Source: Thermofilum adornatum (lineage in GTDB: Archaea; Thermoproteota; Thermoprotei; Thermofilales; Thermofilaceae). From it: 32,000 nucleotides of DNA. The notes under the pieces are model-generated. The model had not been told where the DNA came from. It ran no database searches and worked only from the letters and a program-made list of their open reading frames with translations. Shown here one piece after another: positions 8,455-17,591 of the stretch. The number at the start of each line of letters is the position of its first letter. The first letter of the stretch is position 1. The position numbers were made by a program, and so were the translations under genes. The stretch spans positions 240,001 through 272,000 of the forward strand of contig NC_022093.1 in NCBI RefSeq assembly GCF_000446015.1. The letters are read 5' to 3'.

Positions 8455-9030
8455 ATGCCGGAATATGCAGTTCTTGTAGTTGACATGTTAGAAGAGTTTG
8501 TTAGGGGCAGGTTGCGTGCTGAAAACGCTGAAAAAATTGTGGAACCCATTAGGAAACTTGTTGCATTTGCACGCGAAAAAGGCATACCAGTCATTTATAC
8601 TATTGATCAGCATTATCCCGAGATAGACTACGAGTTTAGGCTTTGGGGGCCGCATGCCGTGAGGGGTTCAGCAGAGGCAAAGATTATTTCGGAGCTCGCC
8701 CCTCGGGAAAACGAATACATTGTGGCTAAAAGGCGGTATGATGCTTTCATGTTTACAGACTTGGACATGTTGCTCAGAGAGCTAGGAGTCAAAAATCTTA
8801 TTGTTACAGGTATACATACTCATGTCTGTGTATTGCAGACTGTGATGGGGGCTTTCTATAGGGGATACACGGTGATTGTTCCAGAGGAATGTGTCGCCGC
8901 GTTCGATAGCTATTGGCATAAAGTGGGGCTTGAATACATGAAGAACTATGCAGGTGCACAGATTGTAAAACTGGGCGATTTGATTTCAAGGCTCAATAGC
9001 GAACTACAGGAAATGCCTTCAGCTGTATGA
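8455..9030 (+). CDS. isochorismatase-family cysteine hydrolase (nicotinamidase-like)
   Basis: Catalytic Asp/Lys/Cys context: VLVVDMLEEF, VAKRRYDAF, LIVTGIHTHVCVLQT. ATG at 8455 follows the TTG used by the track. Confidence 0.8.
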   Translation: MPEYAVLVVDMLEEFVRGRLRAENAEKIVEPIRKLVAFAREKGIPVIYTIDQHYPEIDYEFRLWGPHAVRGSAEAKIISELAPRENEYIVAKRRYDAFMFTDLDMLLRELGVKNLIVTGIHTHVCVLQTVMGAFYRGYTVIVPEECVAAFDSYWHKVGLEYMKNYAGAQIVKLGDLISRLNSELQEMPSAV

Positions 9031-9066
9031 GTAGATCCTCCAGTACATGTATAGAGGGTTCGGTTT

Positions 9067-9954
9067 TTACTCCTTATTTGTGTCTTTGAGTATTTTTTCC
9101 CAGATGCTTTCGTAGTCCTTTCTTAGTCTCTCTCTTGACACGTGTGTATAGATCTGTGTTGTATTCAGACTTGAATGTCCTAGAAGCTCCTGTATCTCCC
9201 TAATATCTAGACCTGAGGCCAGGCTTAGAGTTGCAAAGGTATGTCTCAGTACGTGTGGGGTAACACGCTTAGTTATGCCAGCCTTCTTCTTTAAACGTTT
9301 AAGGATTCTTTCCACAGTTGTATAGTGTATATGGTCGGACGCCTCAGAGGGAAAAAGCCACTCACTGTTTTTAATGCTTTCTAGGTGTTCCTTTAGTATT
9401 GGGAGGACAAACTCGGGAAAATAGACTATTCTTTCTTTTGCACCTTTGCCTCTAACCCTAATGGACCTTTTTTCGATGTCTATGTCCGTCAGTCTCAGCG
9501 AGACAAGCTCGTTAATTCTAAGACCTGTTGTGAAGAGTAGCAAGACGATTAATCGGTCCCTCGGATTTTCCGCTACATCGACTAGCTTAAATACTTCTTC
9601 TACTTCTAGGTATTTTGGCAACCTTTTTTCCCTCCTAGGAAGTTCGAAACCAGCCAAGTTATCACTCAAGCCTAAAAACTCTAGGAACCTCTTTACAGCA
9701 ACTGCCGCGGTGTAGATGCTGTCTTTTTTCCAACCCTTTGATCTTAGAGTTGCCAGGAAAAAGTCAATATCGTAAACAGTGACCTGGCTAACGTGCCTGT
9801 CACCTAGAAACTCGACAAATTCTTGTAGGATGCTTTTAAATGTTTTAATTGTTCTCTCGGATCTATTCCTAGCTATTAGGTGGGAAATGTAGAGCTCGAT
9901 TAGCTCCTTGTTGTCCCGAGCAAGGATAGAAGAATTTGTTTTTTCTGTTGGCAT
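9067..9954 (-). CDS. xerA: tyrosine site-specific recombinase XerA
   Basis: 295 aa with an N-terminal SAM-like core-binding domain. Full catalytic set present: TTGLRINEL (Arg), GKGAKER (Lys), HVLRHTFAT (HxxR), LLGHSSLNTTQIYTHV (His, Tyr). Confidence 0.85.
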   Translation of the reverse strand: MPTEKTNSSILARDNKELIELYISHLIARNRSERTIKTFKSILQEFVEFLGDRHVSQVTVYDIDFFLATLRSKGWKKDSIYTAAVAVKRFLEFLGLSDNLAGFELPRREKRLPKYLEVEEVFKLVDVAENPRDRLIVLLLFTTGLRINELVSLRLTDIDIEKRSIRVRGKGAKERIVYFPEFVLPILKEHLESIKNSEWLFPSEASDHIHYTTVERILKRLKKKAGITKRVTPHVLRHTFATLSLASGLDIREIQELLGHSSLNTTQIYTHVSRERLRKDYESIWEKILKDTNKE

Positions 9955-9955
9955 G

Positions 9956-10426
9956 TTATATTCCTATCTCCTCCATGCTTCTTGCATACTTCTCAAGATG
10001 CTCGGCGACAAATATGGGTGCGCCTGTCCTTACAGCTATTGCAATACCGTCGCTTGGTCGTGTGTCAATGTTTATTTCTTCTGTTTTGCCGTTTATCTCT
10101 CTTTTCAAGACAAGTGTTGCGGTATAAACTGAATTGTCTAGGAGAGCGTCGATAGAGACTTTTTCGACTTCGACTCCTAGTGCATCGAGAATAGAGACTA
10201 TTAGGTCATGTGTGAGTGGCCTCTCGTACTTGAGACCTGACAGTGCGCTCTGTATAGAAAAACCCTCACTCTCACCTATCACGATGGGTAGTGCTTTGTC
10301 TTTCCACTTGGGGGTTTCCAATAGAAGAAGAAAAACTGTTTGCTCTCCACCAGTCTCTGCGACCTTCACGGGGTAGATGCCTGCTATTTCAGCCTTGAGA
10401 TATCTGATTTCTTGTTTTTCACTCAA
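9956..10426 (-). CDS. bifunctional nuclease (BFN/DUF151) domain protein
   Basis: VFLLLLE....ALPIVIGESEGFSIQSAL.G...ERPLTHDLIVSILDALGVEVEKVSIDAL.DN.VYTATLVL is the typical BFN core. The stop lies 1 nt before the xerA start. Confidence 0.75.
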   Translation of the reverse strand: MSEKQEIRYLKAEIAGIYPVKVAETGGEQTVFLLLLETPKWKDKALPIVIGESEGFSIQSALSGLKYERPLTHDLIVSILDALGVEVEKVSIDALLDNSVYTATLVLKREINGKTEEINIDTRPSDGIAIAVRTGAPIFVAEHLEKYARSMEEIGI

Positions 10427-11082
10427 AATGGCTCCCCCCTCTGGCTTTCAAAAAACAATGGGTTTAGTCTAACAATCACGAGATTTCCCCTGTAAGCACT
10501 TAATTCCTTGACTTTTTTCGTTATCTCATTTAGAACAAAGGCGGGGTTCTCTTTCAAAAACCGGATTGCTTCTGCCGGATCCTGGGAGGAGAGTATTTTG
10601 AAGATAATCTCCTTTACAACTGTTTCTGCGAGTAGCCCAGTGAAACAAACCTCTCCATGCCTGATTAGCGATCCTATGGCATATCTTTTAAACCATTCAT
10701 ACAATTCGGGTATAGAGGGAAGCACGCCTTGAACCTTCTTCTCGACTTCTTCGTTTATCTTAGAGCTTTCGTCCTCCTTTACTGCTAGCTTTACTCGTTG
10801 TTTCCATTTCAAGGACCACACTTCGAGCCACTCGGAAAGCATGTCGTTTAAAACTAGTGGCTGGTTTTGATAGATATATTGTATCGCTACGAGTGTTTCT
10901 TCTTCATAGTTCTCGTCGAAGATAAAGTCTCTTGTAACTGCTACGTAATTAATAAAGTCGGAGTAAGCAATGCTGAATAAGTATTCCGCTTCTTGTTCAG
11001 ACAAATCAGTAAAATACTTGTAGAGGGAAGACTTAAGTATCGATTTGATCTCGTTTTCTGTATTTTCAGGGATCCAGTACAT
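10423..11082 (-). CDS. hypothetical acidic, probably all-helical protein
   Basis: 219 aa ORF with a 4-nt overlap onto the BFN gene start. No motif recognised. Confidence 0.55.
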   Translation of the reverse strand: MYWIPENTENEIKSILKSSLYKYFTDLSEQEAEYLFSIAYSDFINYVAVTRDFIFDENYEEETLVAIQYIYQNQPLVLNDMLSEWLEVWSLKWKQRVKLAVKEDESSKINEEVEKKVQGVLPSIPELYEWFKRYAIGSLIRHGEVCFTGLLAETVVKEIIFKILSSQDPAEAIRFLKENPAFVLNEITKKVKELSAYRGNLVIVRLNPLFFESQRGEPF

Positions 11083-11212
11083 TTAGACCCACTTTGAATA
11101 TCTCTGTATACTTAAGTCACATGCTTGATTTAAAGTTTAACCCTGCCTTTTCTGGCTCTTTCCTATTTCCTATATATAGAATCATGGATGGGGTTGTCAG
11201 GTTCTTGGATAG

Positions 11213-11270
11213 GGTTTCAGTCGCGAGAAGACTCTTCATATGTTCAAGAGACCGTCGTCTCATCACCGAT
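11213..11270 (-). ncRNA. C/D box sRNA (2'-O-methylation guide) candidate
   Basis: The minus strand reads GTGATGA(C)-GACGACGGTCTC(12 nt)-TTGA(D')-ACAT-ATGAAGA(C')-GTCTTCTCGCGA(12 nt)-CTGA(D). C and D boxes are perfect and both spacers are exactly 12 nt. C box = 11260..11266 and D box = 11217..11220 in plus coordinates. AAAATTAAAATA (11289..11300) lies about 22 nt upstream of the C box as a TATA candidate. No convincing terminal stem. Confidence 0.6.
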
Positions 11271-11353
11271 CTTGAAGCATAATTATCGTATTTTAATTTT
11301 TTCCTGGCAATTCAAAGAAGAGGAAAAATCTATAACAAATCATCCGAAGTAGC

Positions 11354-12046
11354 TTATTTTAATGCGAATCTGGCATCTGCAATTTTTACCCATTCAGACG
11401 ATACAAAGGTTGGATTTAGATCCATCTCTTTTATGTATTTAGCGTTTTCAGCAAACATTTGGGAGGCTTTGCTTAGGACTTCTGCCAATAGCTTTATGTT
11501 AGCCTTTGGGAGTCCCCGATAGCCTTCGAGTATCTGATATCCCTTTATCTTTAGAATTAGTTCTTGGGCTTGCGCTATGGTTATGGGGGCAATGTCAAAG
11601 ACCACGTCTTTTAGTATTTCGACAAATATTCCTCCTAGGCCGAATGCTACAACAGGACCAAATTGCTCATCATTTAATCCTCCGATAATTACCTCGTGCG
11701 CGTTTGAGACCTGTTCTTGTACTATGTATCCCCTGATCTTGACTGCTGGGTTCTTTTCCAGTATTTTTTGTCTCATTTGTGATATTGCAGTTTTGAGTTC
11801 ATCCAAGCTTCTTATGTTTGCTTTGACGGCTCCCAGCTCTGTCTTATGAACAATGTCGGGCGAGTCTGCCTTCAGAACTACTGGGAAAGACAAGTCTCTT
11901 ATGTCTTTGATTTCATCTCCTTCTTTGATATAAATATATCTTGCTAAAGGGAGACCATATGATTCAATGACTTCGAAGGCTTCGAGTAGAGACAAATGTT
12001 TTCTGTTTTCTGCAAGCGCCGCTTTAAAAATTTCTTCAGGGTTCAT
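11354..12046 (-). CDS. acdB: acetyl-CoA synthetase (ADP-forming) beta subunit / ATP-grasp acetate-CoA ligase subunit
   Basis: About 230 aa. LLEAFEVIESYGLP...FPVVLKADSPDIVHKTELGAVK...GYIVQEQV...EVIIGG..D.QFGPVVAFGLGGIFVEILKDV matches the archaeal ACD beta subunit. ATG at 12046 is preferred over the GTG at 12055. Confidence 0.8.
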   Translation of the reverse strand: MNPEEIFKAALAENRKHLSLLEAFEVIESYGLPLARYIYIKEGDEIKDIRDLSFPVVLKADSPDIVHKTELGAVKANIRSLDELKTAISQMRQKILEKNPAVKIRGYIVQEQVSNAHEVIIGGLNDEQFGPVVAFGLGGIFVEILKDVVFDIAPITIAQAQELILKIKGYQILEGYRGLPKANIKLLAEVLSKASQMFAENAKYIKEMDLNPTFVSSEWVKIADARFALK

Positions 12047-12051
12047 TTTTG

Positions 12052-13293
12052 TCACCGTTTATAATATGTCAAGACCTTTTTTATAGCATTTGCTGTGTCA
12101 ATGGCATCCTCTTCGGTCATGCCTGGAAGCGTTGGCAATGTAATAACACTTCGGGCTACCTGTTCGGCTATTGGAGAAGACCCCTTTTTGTAAGTGATTT
12201 GTTTCCCGTAGAAGGGACACAGCCATGGACAGCCTTTGCCATAACCTGTTAGCCTTTGGAAAAGTGGGTTCTCATAGATTACTCTTGGGTATACGACCTG
12301 CACCAAGACATTTTCAGCCTTGAGAGCTTCTATGATTCTGTCCCTGTTTACACGTAGCTTGTCCAGATTTAATAGAACTTGGAAAATGTGCCATGTATGC
12401 TTCACATAGGGTTTCAAGACCGGTAGCTTTAACAGGTCACCGTTTAAGCTTGAAAGCTCGTCCATGTATATTTGTGCTATTTTCTCCCTAGCGGCGTTCA
12501 ACTCGCCTATTCTCCTTAACTGGCCGAGGCCTAAAGCTGCTTGGAGCTCGGTCATGCGGTAGTTCCAGCCGAGAATAGTGTGATAGTATTTAGATTCTTG
12601 TCCTTGGTCGACAAACATCTTGGCGTAGCGATATAGTTCTTCTTTGTCTGTAGTTACCATGCCACCTTCTCCAGTAGTCATGTTCTTTGTCTGGTAAAAG
12701 CTAAATGCGTTTATGTCTCCAAAGGTTCCAACTTTTCTGCCTCTATATTCGCTTCCAATGGCTTGGGCACAGTCCTCTATGACATATAGGTTGTGTTCCC
12801 GAGCTATCTTCAGTATCTCATCCATCTCCGCGGGATAACCAGCTAAGTGGACTACGAGTATGGCTTTTGTCCTCGGTGTTATCTTCTCTTCTATTGTCGC
12901 GGGGTCTAGATTTAGGCTATCCTTTTCTATGTCGGCAAACACTGGGACAGCATTATTGTGCAGGATTGATGTGGCTGTAGCTATGAAGCTGAAGGGGGTC
13001 GTAATAACTTCGTCTCCTGGACCAATGTTAAGGCTTGCCACTGCAGTATGTAGCGAAGCAGTCCCATTAATCGTTGCAACGGCATGTCTTACGCCTAGGT
13101 ACCTAGCAAACTCTTCCTCGAAAAGTTTAACATATTTTCCAATGGAGGATACAAGTCTCCCTGAATCCAGCACGTCAAGAACTAGCTGTTTTTCTTCATC
13201 AGTTAATTTGGGAAAATACTCTTTAAAAGAAGGCCTTACCGGCTTGCCTCCTTCAATTGCTGGAAGCTCCATGTTTACCTCGCTAAAAAACAT
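12052..13293 (-). CDS. DegT/DnrJ/EryC1/StrS-family PLP-dependent (sugar) aminotransferase
   Basis: Family layout: FEEEFARYLGVRHAVATINGTASLHTA, FSFIATATSILHNNAVPVFADIE, and the PLP-Lys region FSFYQTKNMTTGEGGMV. Alternative start at 13272 (MELPAIEGG). Confidence 0.85.
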   Translation of the reverse strand: MFFSEVNMELPAIEGGKPVRPSFKEYFPKLTDEEKQLVLDVLDSGRLVSSIGKYVKLFEEEFARYLGVRHAVATINGTASLHTAVASLNIGPGDEVITTPFSFIATATSILHNNAVPVFADIEKDSLNLDPATIEEKITPRTKAILVVHLAGYPAEMDEILKIAREHNLYVIEDCAQAIGSEYRGRKVGTFGDINAFSFYQTKNMTTGEGGMVTTDKEELYRYAKMFVDQGQESKYYHTILGWNYRMTELQAALGLGQLRRIGELNAAREKIAQIYMDELSSLNGDLLKLPVLKPYVKHTWHIFQVLLNLDKLRVNRDRIIEALKAENVLVQVVYPRVIYENPLFQRLTGYGKGCPWLCPFYGKQITYKKGSSPIAEQVARSVITLPTLPGMTEEDAIDTANAIKKVLTYYKR

Positions 13294-13382
13294 GACACTC
13301 GTAATTAACTCTTTTTATGGTTCTTCCTAGAAGCGAAGCACAGAAAAGCGCGCGCTATGTCTGGCCCTAAATTGCAAAAAAT

Positions 13383-14183
13383 CTACGTAGCTACGCTGAA
13401 TACTTTGTTATTTTTGGAGTCAAAGATATCTATTCTAACCATTCCTTTCAGTTTACCGCTTTCAAGCTTGGGGAGAAGCACCCTCTCTACTTGGAAGAAT
13501 CCAGCCATGTCTCCCAGAAACACCTCTACAACGATTGGTACTGTTTCGTCGCAGGTTAGCTGGACACGTTTCACATTGAGAGCTGACAAGGAATGCATAT
13601 CTACCTTTCCCATTTTGTATGGAAGCCTTGCTCTGCCCTCAGACATGTCTAGACCGTCTGCTAGCTTTACGATGCTAGCCTCAAGGGTTAGAGGCTTAGT
13701 CTCCATTTCGGTGGAAAAAATTGCGGAGAGAATTTCTTGCCTTAGGAAGTAGCGCCGCGGGCCTATGTTTGGAAACATGCTTTGGATTATCCTGTCAACT
13801 ATGTCTTTTGCTAACAAGCTACCTATGGCTTCATGATACTCCCTGTGTATCGAGTTGCCTATGTCGTGCAGGTAGCTTGCCATTACGAGTATAAATTTTA
13901 CTTCGTCTAGATTTTTGGCTGTTCCCTGCTTTAGGGTTGTTAGCTCGACGTTTTTCTTCAAGAGGAGGCCTAGTATTTCTAGTGAGGTTCCAGCTACGAT
14001 TTTTGCGTGGACGGGTCCATGATCATTGTAGCCGAGTCTACCGACGGCATTTATATTACTCATTTCAAGGAGAGCTTTTACTTCCTCGTCTTTCTCAATT
14101 ATGTTTACAAGCTCACCTACAAAAGGGTCATATTGTTTCCATTTCTCAATCAATTCCTTCGAAATAACAGACACATTACACAT
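13383..14183 (-). CDS. HD-domain metal-dependent phosphohydrolase
   Basis: H...HD signature: HGPVHAKIV ... ASYLHDIGNSIHREYHE ... KLADGLD. Confidence 0.7.
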   Translation of the reverse strand: MCNVSVISKELIEKWKQYDPFVGELVNIIEKDEEVKALLEMSNINAVGRLGYNDHGPVHAKIVAGTSLEILGLLLKKNVELTTLKQGTAKNLDEVKFILVMASYLHDIGNSIHREYHEAIGSLLAKDIVDRIIQSMFPNIGPRRYFLRQEILSAIFSTEMETKPLTLEASIVKLADGLDMSEGRARLPYKMGKVDMHSLSALNVKRVQLTCDETVPIVVEVFLGDMAGFFQVERVLLPKLESGKLKGMVRIDIFDSKNNKVFSVAT

Positions 14184-14244
14184 AGCGTTCCAACTTCATC
14201 TTGGTACTAGCTAAAAAACTTTGTTTTAGGTTTACGAAAAGAGT

Positions 14245-15558
14245 CTAGCGTTTATAGTGTTTAAAGGCTCCTAGACCAGGATACTTGGCCCTTGTGCCGA
14301 GATATTCCTCTATCCTGAGAAGTTCATTGTATTTGGCTGTTCTCTCGCCTCTTGCTGGCGCACCTGTCTTGATCTGTCCAGTGTTCAATGCGACTGCGAT
14401 GTGGGAAATTGTCGTGTCTTCTGTTTCACCGCTCCTATGGCTAACGACGACAGAGTACCCGTTGCTTATTGCAAGCCTAGCAGCTTCAAGTGCTTCGGTC
14501 AATGTGCCAATCTGGTTTACCTTTAGTAGCAAGGCGTTGGCCGATTTGTTTTCTATTCCTCTACGTAGTCTCTCGACATTTGTTACGAAGATGTCGTCTC
14601 CTATAACTTGAGTCTTGAGGGTTCTTGTTATGATGGAGAAGCCTTCAAAGTCTTCTTCGTGTAATGGGTCTTCTATGGATACGATGGGATATTCTTCTAC
14701 AAGCTTTTCGTAGAGTTCAATCATTTTTTCCCTTGATAGTTCCTGGCCATCAATTATGTAAAGGCTTCTTTTTTCGTCGTAAAACTCTGAGGCAGCTGCG
14801 TCTATTGCAAGCGCTACGTCTTTTCCAGGCTCGTATCCTGCATTCCTAATAGCATTTATGAGGGCATCTAGCGCTTCGCGTGTATTCTTCATCGGGGGTG
14901 AAAAACCACCTTCGTCTCCAATGTTTATGGCTTGTGGACCATATTTGTCTTTTAGGTAAGCCTTGAGGGAGTGGTAGACTTCGCTTCCTATTCTTAGAGC
15001 TTCACTGAATGTTTTTGCGCCGACTGGTGCTATGAGAAACTCTTGTATCTTCAGCTCATTGCCGGCGTGTTTTCCTCCGTTAATAATGTTCATTAGTGGA
15101 ACAGGCATTGTATATGCATTCATTCCGCCTAGATACTGGAAGAGTGGAAGCGAATAAGTGTCTGCCGCTGCATGTGCCACTGCCAGCGACACGGATAAGA
15201 TTGCGTTTGCTCCTAGCCTAGACTTGTTTGGAGTGCCGTCCATCTGTAACATTTTCCCGTCAATGTCTTCTTGTCTCCTAGAATCCATGCCTAGCAGTTC
15301 AGGCGCGATGATCTTGTTGACGTTTTCTACTGCTTTTAGGACCCCTTTACCGTGGAAGGCTTTACCTCCGTCTCGAAGTTCTAGGGCTTCATGTGTTCCA
15401 GTCGACGCTCCAGAGGGGACTATGGCTTTGCCGTAGCCCCGGGCAATTGTCAGAACCTCTGTTTCGACCGTTGGGTTTCCCCTAGAGTCGAGGACCCACC
15501 TTGCTTTTATAGATGCAATCGAAAATTCGTCTTCCAAGTCGTACAACATAGCTATCAA
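14245..15558 (-). CDS. eno: enolase (phosphopyruvate hydratase)
   Basis: Canonical enolase blocks: [58 protein letters not shown]. Confidence 0.95.
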   Translation of the reverse strand: MIAMLYDLEDEFSIASIKARWVLDSRGNPTVETEVLTIARGYGKAIVPSGASTGTHEALELRDGGKAFHGKGVLKAVENVNKIIAPELLGMDSRRQEDIDGKMLQMDGTPNKSRLGANAILSVSLAVAHAAADTYSLPLFQYLGGMNAYTMPVPLMNIINGGKHAGNELKIQEFLIAPVGAKTFSEALRIGSEVYHSLKAYLKDKYGPQAINIGDEGGFSPPMKNTREALDALINAIRNAGYEPGKDVALAIDAAASEFYDEKRSLYIIDGQELSREKMIELYEKLVEEYPIVSIEDPLHEEDFEGFSIITRTLKTQVIGDDIFVTNVERLRRGIENKSANALLLKVNQIGTLTEALEAARLAISNGYSVVVSHRSGETEDTTISHIAVALNTGQIKTGAPARGERTAKYNELLRIEEYLGTRAKYPGLGAFKHYKR

Positions 15559-15678
15559 GAAGATAAGGCCTAACTTGTCTATTTATTAAGCCTATTACTG
15601 TCTCTTATTAATCTAGATGTTAGCCGGATTTTGAAAAACAGGGCAAAAAATAAAAATAAGAATAACCATGTTATATGT

Positions 15679-16443
15679 ATGAGCACCAAAGAAAAAACTG
15701 TTGGAGTTGTTCTTTGCGGAGGAGAGGGAAAGAGGCTTAGACCCTTAACATATTATTTTCAAAAAGCAATGATTCCCGTAGGAGCACAACAGAAGCCTCT
15801 TCTAGAATATATTGTGAGACTGCTTTCATATCACGGACTAAAGAAACTTGTCCTGCTTGTGGGCTATAAGGGTCAACAAATTGTGAACTATTTTGACAAT
15901 GGGGAGAGATATGGCGTAGAGATCTCATATGTATGGGACAACCCCGCATATGGCGGGAACGGCGGCGCCCTCTACAATGCTTATGAACAGGGACACTTCA
16001 ACAATGCAGAAAACGTACTCGTATATTATGGCGACATACTATCAGACATAAACATCGCGGATTTCTTGGCTTTCCACGAAAAAAATCAATTCACAGCAAC
16101 CCTCGCATTGTCTACTAATTACAGGGTTGCTGTCGGAGTAGCCGAAGTCAAGGGAGAAAGAGTAGTAAATCTAGTCGAGAAGCCCCCGCTTGGAAAGCCT
16201 GTCACAATTGGACTTGTCGTTTTCAGGAGAAACTCTTTTGAATATCTGAGAGAGCTTATAGAAACAAAGAAAGAAGTCGACATTATGGGCGACTTTATAA
16301 GAGTCCTATTAAATAGGGGCCTGAGCATTGGAGGATACATAACGGACGCCTTCTGGTTTGATCTCGGAACAACCGAGGCATACGAGAAACTTGACCCTAA
16401 CGAGGTTGATAGGAGGTTTTCCTTCCTTTTCCAGAAAAAATAA
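15679..16443 (+). CDS. sugar-1-phosphate nucleotidylyltransferase
   Basis: N-terminal signature VVLCGGEGKRLRPLT (GxGxRLxPLT). The track start (TTG 15631, MKNRAKNKNKNN...) lies in the A-rich promoter. ATG 15679 is preceded by AAAAATAAAAATAAG about 20-30 nt upstream. Confidence 0.85.
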   Translation: MSTKEKTVGVVLCGGEGKRLRPLTYYFQKAMIPVGAQQKPLLEYIVRLLSYHGLKKLVLLVGYKGQQIVNYFDNGERYGVEISYVWDNPAYGGNGGALYNAYEQGHFNNAENVLVYYGDILSDINIADFLAFHEKNQFTATLALSTNYRVAVGVAEVKGERVVNLVEKPPLGKPVTIGLVVFRRNSFEYLRELIETKKEVDIMGDFIRVLLNRGLSIGGYITDAFWFDLGTTEAYEKLDPNEVDRRFSFLFQKK

Positions 16444-17563
16444 TTTTTTCCATGAAGGTTTCTTCTCCCTTTATTATCTTCGTTAACAAATCCTCAGGGA
16501 AAAATCTCGTAGCCACGGGGGCTACCTCCCAGTGATCATACAGAAAGTCTACCAGTGCTCTGTATTTTCTCCCAATGGCCAGGATTTTTCCGATCTCATT
16601 CCATGCCCTTTCGCGGTAAACGTCTAGATTTTCAAGCCAGATGCTTTCAGCTGCCAATACGCCTAGAGCCATTGCCGTGAAAATCCCGCCGCCGTTGATG
16701 GGGTTTACGGCGCCCAACGCGTCTCCGACAAACAGTGTTCTGCCTATTACTGGAGTTGAATAGAACCCGGTAACTGGGATCCATCTGCTTCTTGGGGGTT
16801 CTAGGGGCTTTGCGTCTCTGAGGTAGCTACTGTTAAAAACCTTTATAAACTTCTCAAGGAAAACCACGGGAGTGATGTTTCCTTTTATATAGTTGCCCCT
16901 TATTCCTATGCCGACATTTGCCATACCATTGCCTATTGGAATAATCCATGCATATCCTCCTGGGGTATCCTTGGAAGAATACATGTAGATATCACTTTGG
17001 GGAAAATTTGGAACCTCCATTTTTAGGTTTATTCCCAGTGCATAGTCTATGGGGTCGAGTGCTGTATTGTCGCCTAGAAGCCTCCTAGTTAGCGAGGGGA
17101 AGCCATCAGCGGCAACTATGTAGTCTGCCTGGATCTCTCTGCCCTTGCGAGTCTTGACTAGGTAGCCTTTTTCAAGTTGTTTTATTGCTACGACGTCGTC
17201 TCCTGTTACAACGTTTGCGTTCTCTATGAGTTTGTTTACCATTTCTTTCCTGCTAATGGTAAAGCCGCCAATTTTGAGGTGGTATTTTCTGTAGCGTTCA
17301 AACTCTAGGAATATTCTTTTTATTATGTTTGTTTTCTCGGTGTAGCCTATATATTCAAACGCTTTTTTAACCGATGGGTATTTGGAAATAAAAGTTATTT
17401 CTGAGGGCTCGGGGAGGAATTCTCCGCATACTGCTGGTTCTTCTGGAGTTTTCTTTCTTTCGATGCCGATTGCACTTATCCCAAGCTCATTGAGCCTTTT
17501 AAGGGCGGCAGCTCCGGATGGGCCTAAGCCTATGACAACTGCCTTATAAGATTCATGAGACAT
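16397..17563 (-). CDS. geranylgeranyl-reductase-family FAD-dependent oxidoreductase
   Basis: Dinucleotide fold YKAVVIGLGPSGAAAL, ADYIVAADG, and C-terminal FVGDALGAVNPINGGGI, typical of the GGR family. ATG 17563 is preferred because the longer track start would overlap PadR. The 3' end overlaps the convergent nucleotidyltransferase gene by 47 nt. Confidence 0.8.
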   Translation of the reverse strand: MSHESYKAVVIGLGPSGAAALKRLNELGISAIGIERKKTPEEPAVCGEFLPEPSEITFISKYPSVKKAFEYIGYTEKTNIIKRIFLEFERYRKYHLKIGGFTISRKEMVNKLIENANVVTGDDVVAIKQLEKGYLVKTRKGREIQADYIVAADGFPSLTRRLLGDNTALDPIDYALGINLKMEVPNFPQSDIYMYSSKDTPGGYAWIIPIGNGMANVGIGIRGNYIKGNITPVVFLEKFIKVFNSSYLRDAKPLEPPRSRWIPVTGFYSTPVIGRTLFVGDALGAVNPINGGGIFTAMALGVLAAESIWLENLDVYRERAWNEIGKILAIGRKYRALVDFLYDHWEVAPVATRFFPEDLLTKIIKGEETFMEKIIFSGKGRKTSYQPR

Positions 17564-17591
17564 TTGCCGTGCCCTCTTCGGGGAGTAGGCT

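Noticed and set aside
9067-9954. Tyrosine recombinase as marker of an integrated virus or plasmid
   Set aside because: The size, the N-terminal SAM-like domain and the operon context fit the housekeeping XerA. There is no flanking tRNA gene, direct repeat or viral/plasmid gene, and no compositional break visible by eye.
11094-11282. 62-aa plus-strand ORF in the 271-nt spacer
   Set aside because: No motif and no plausible promoter or SD spacing. The opposite strand carries a textbook C/D box sRNA pattern, which better explains conservation of this segment.
15631-15678. N-terminal extension MKNRAKNKNKNNHVIC of the nucleotidyltransferase (TTG start)
   Set aside because: It is encoded by the A-rich TATA region itself. 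The ATG at 15679 gives the normal distance to the GxGxRLxPLT motif and correct promoter spacing.
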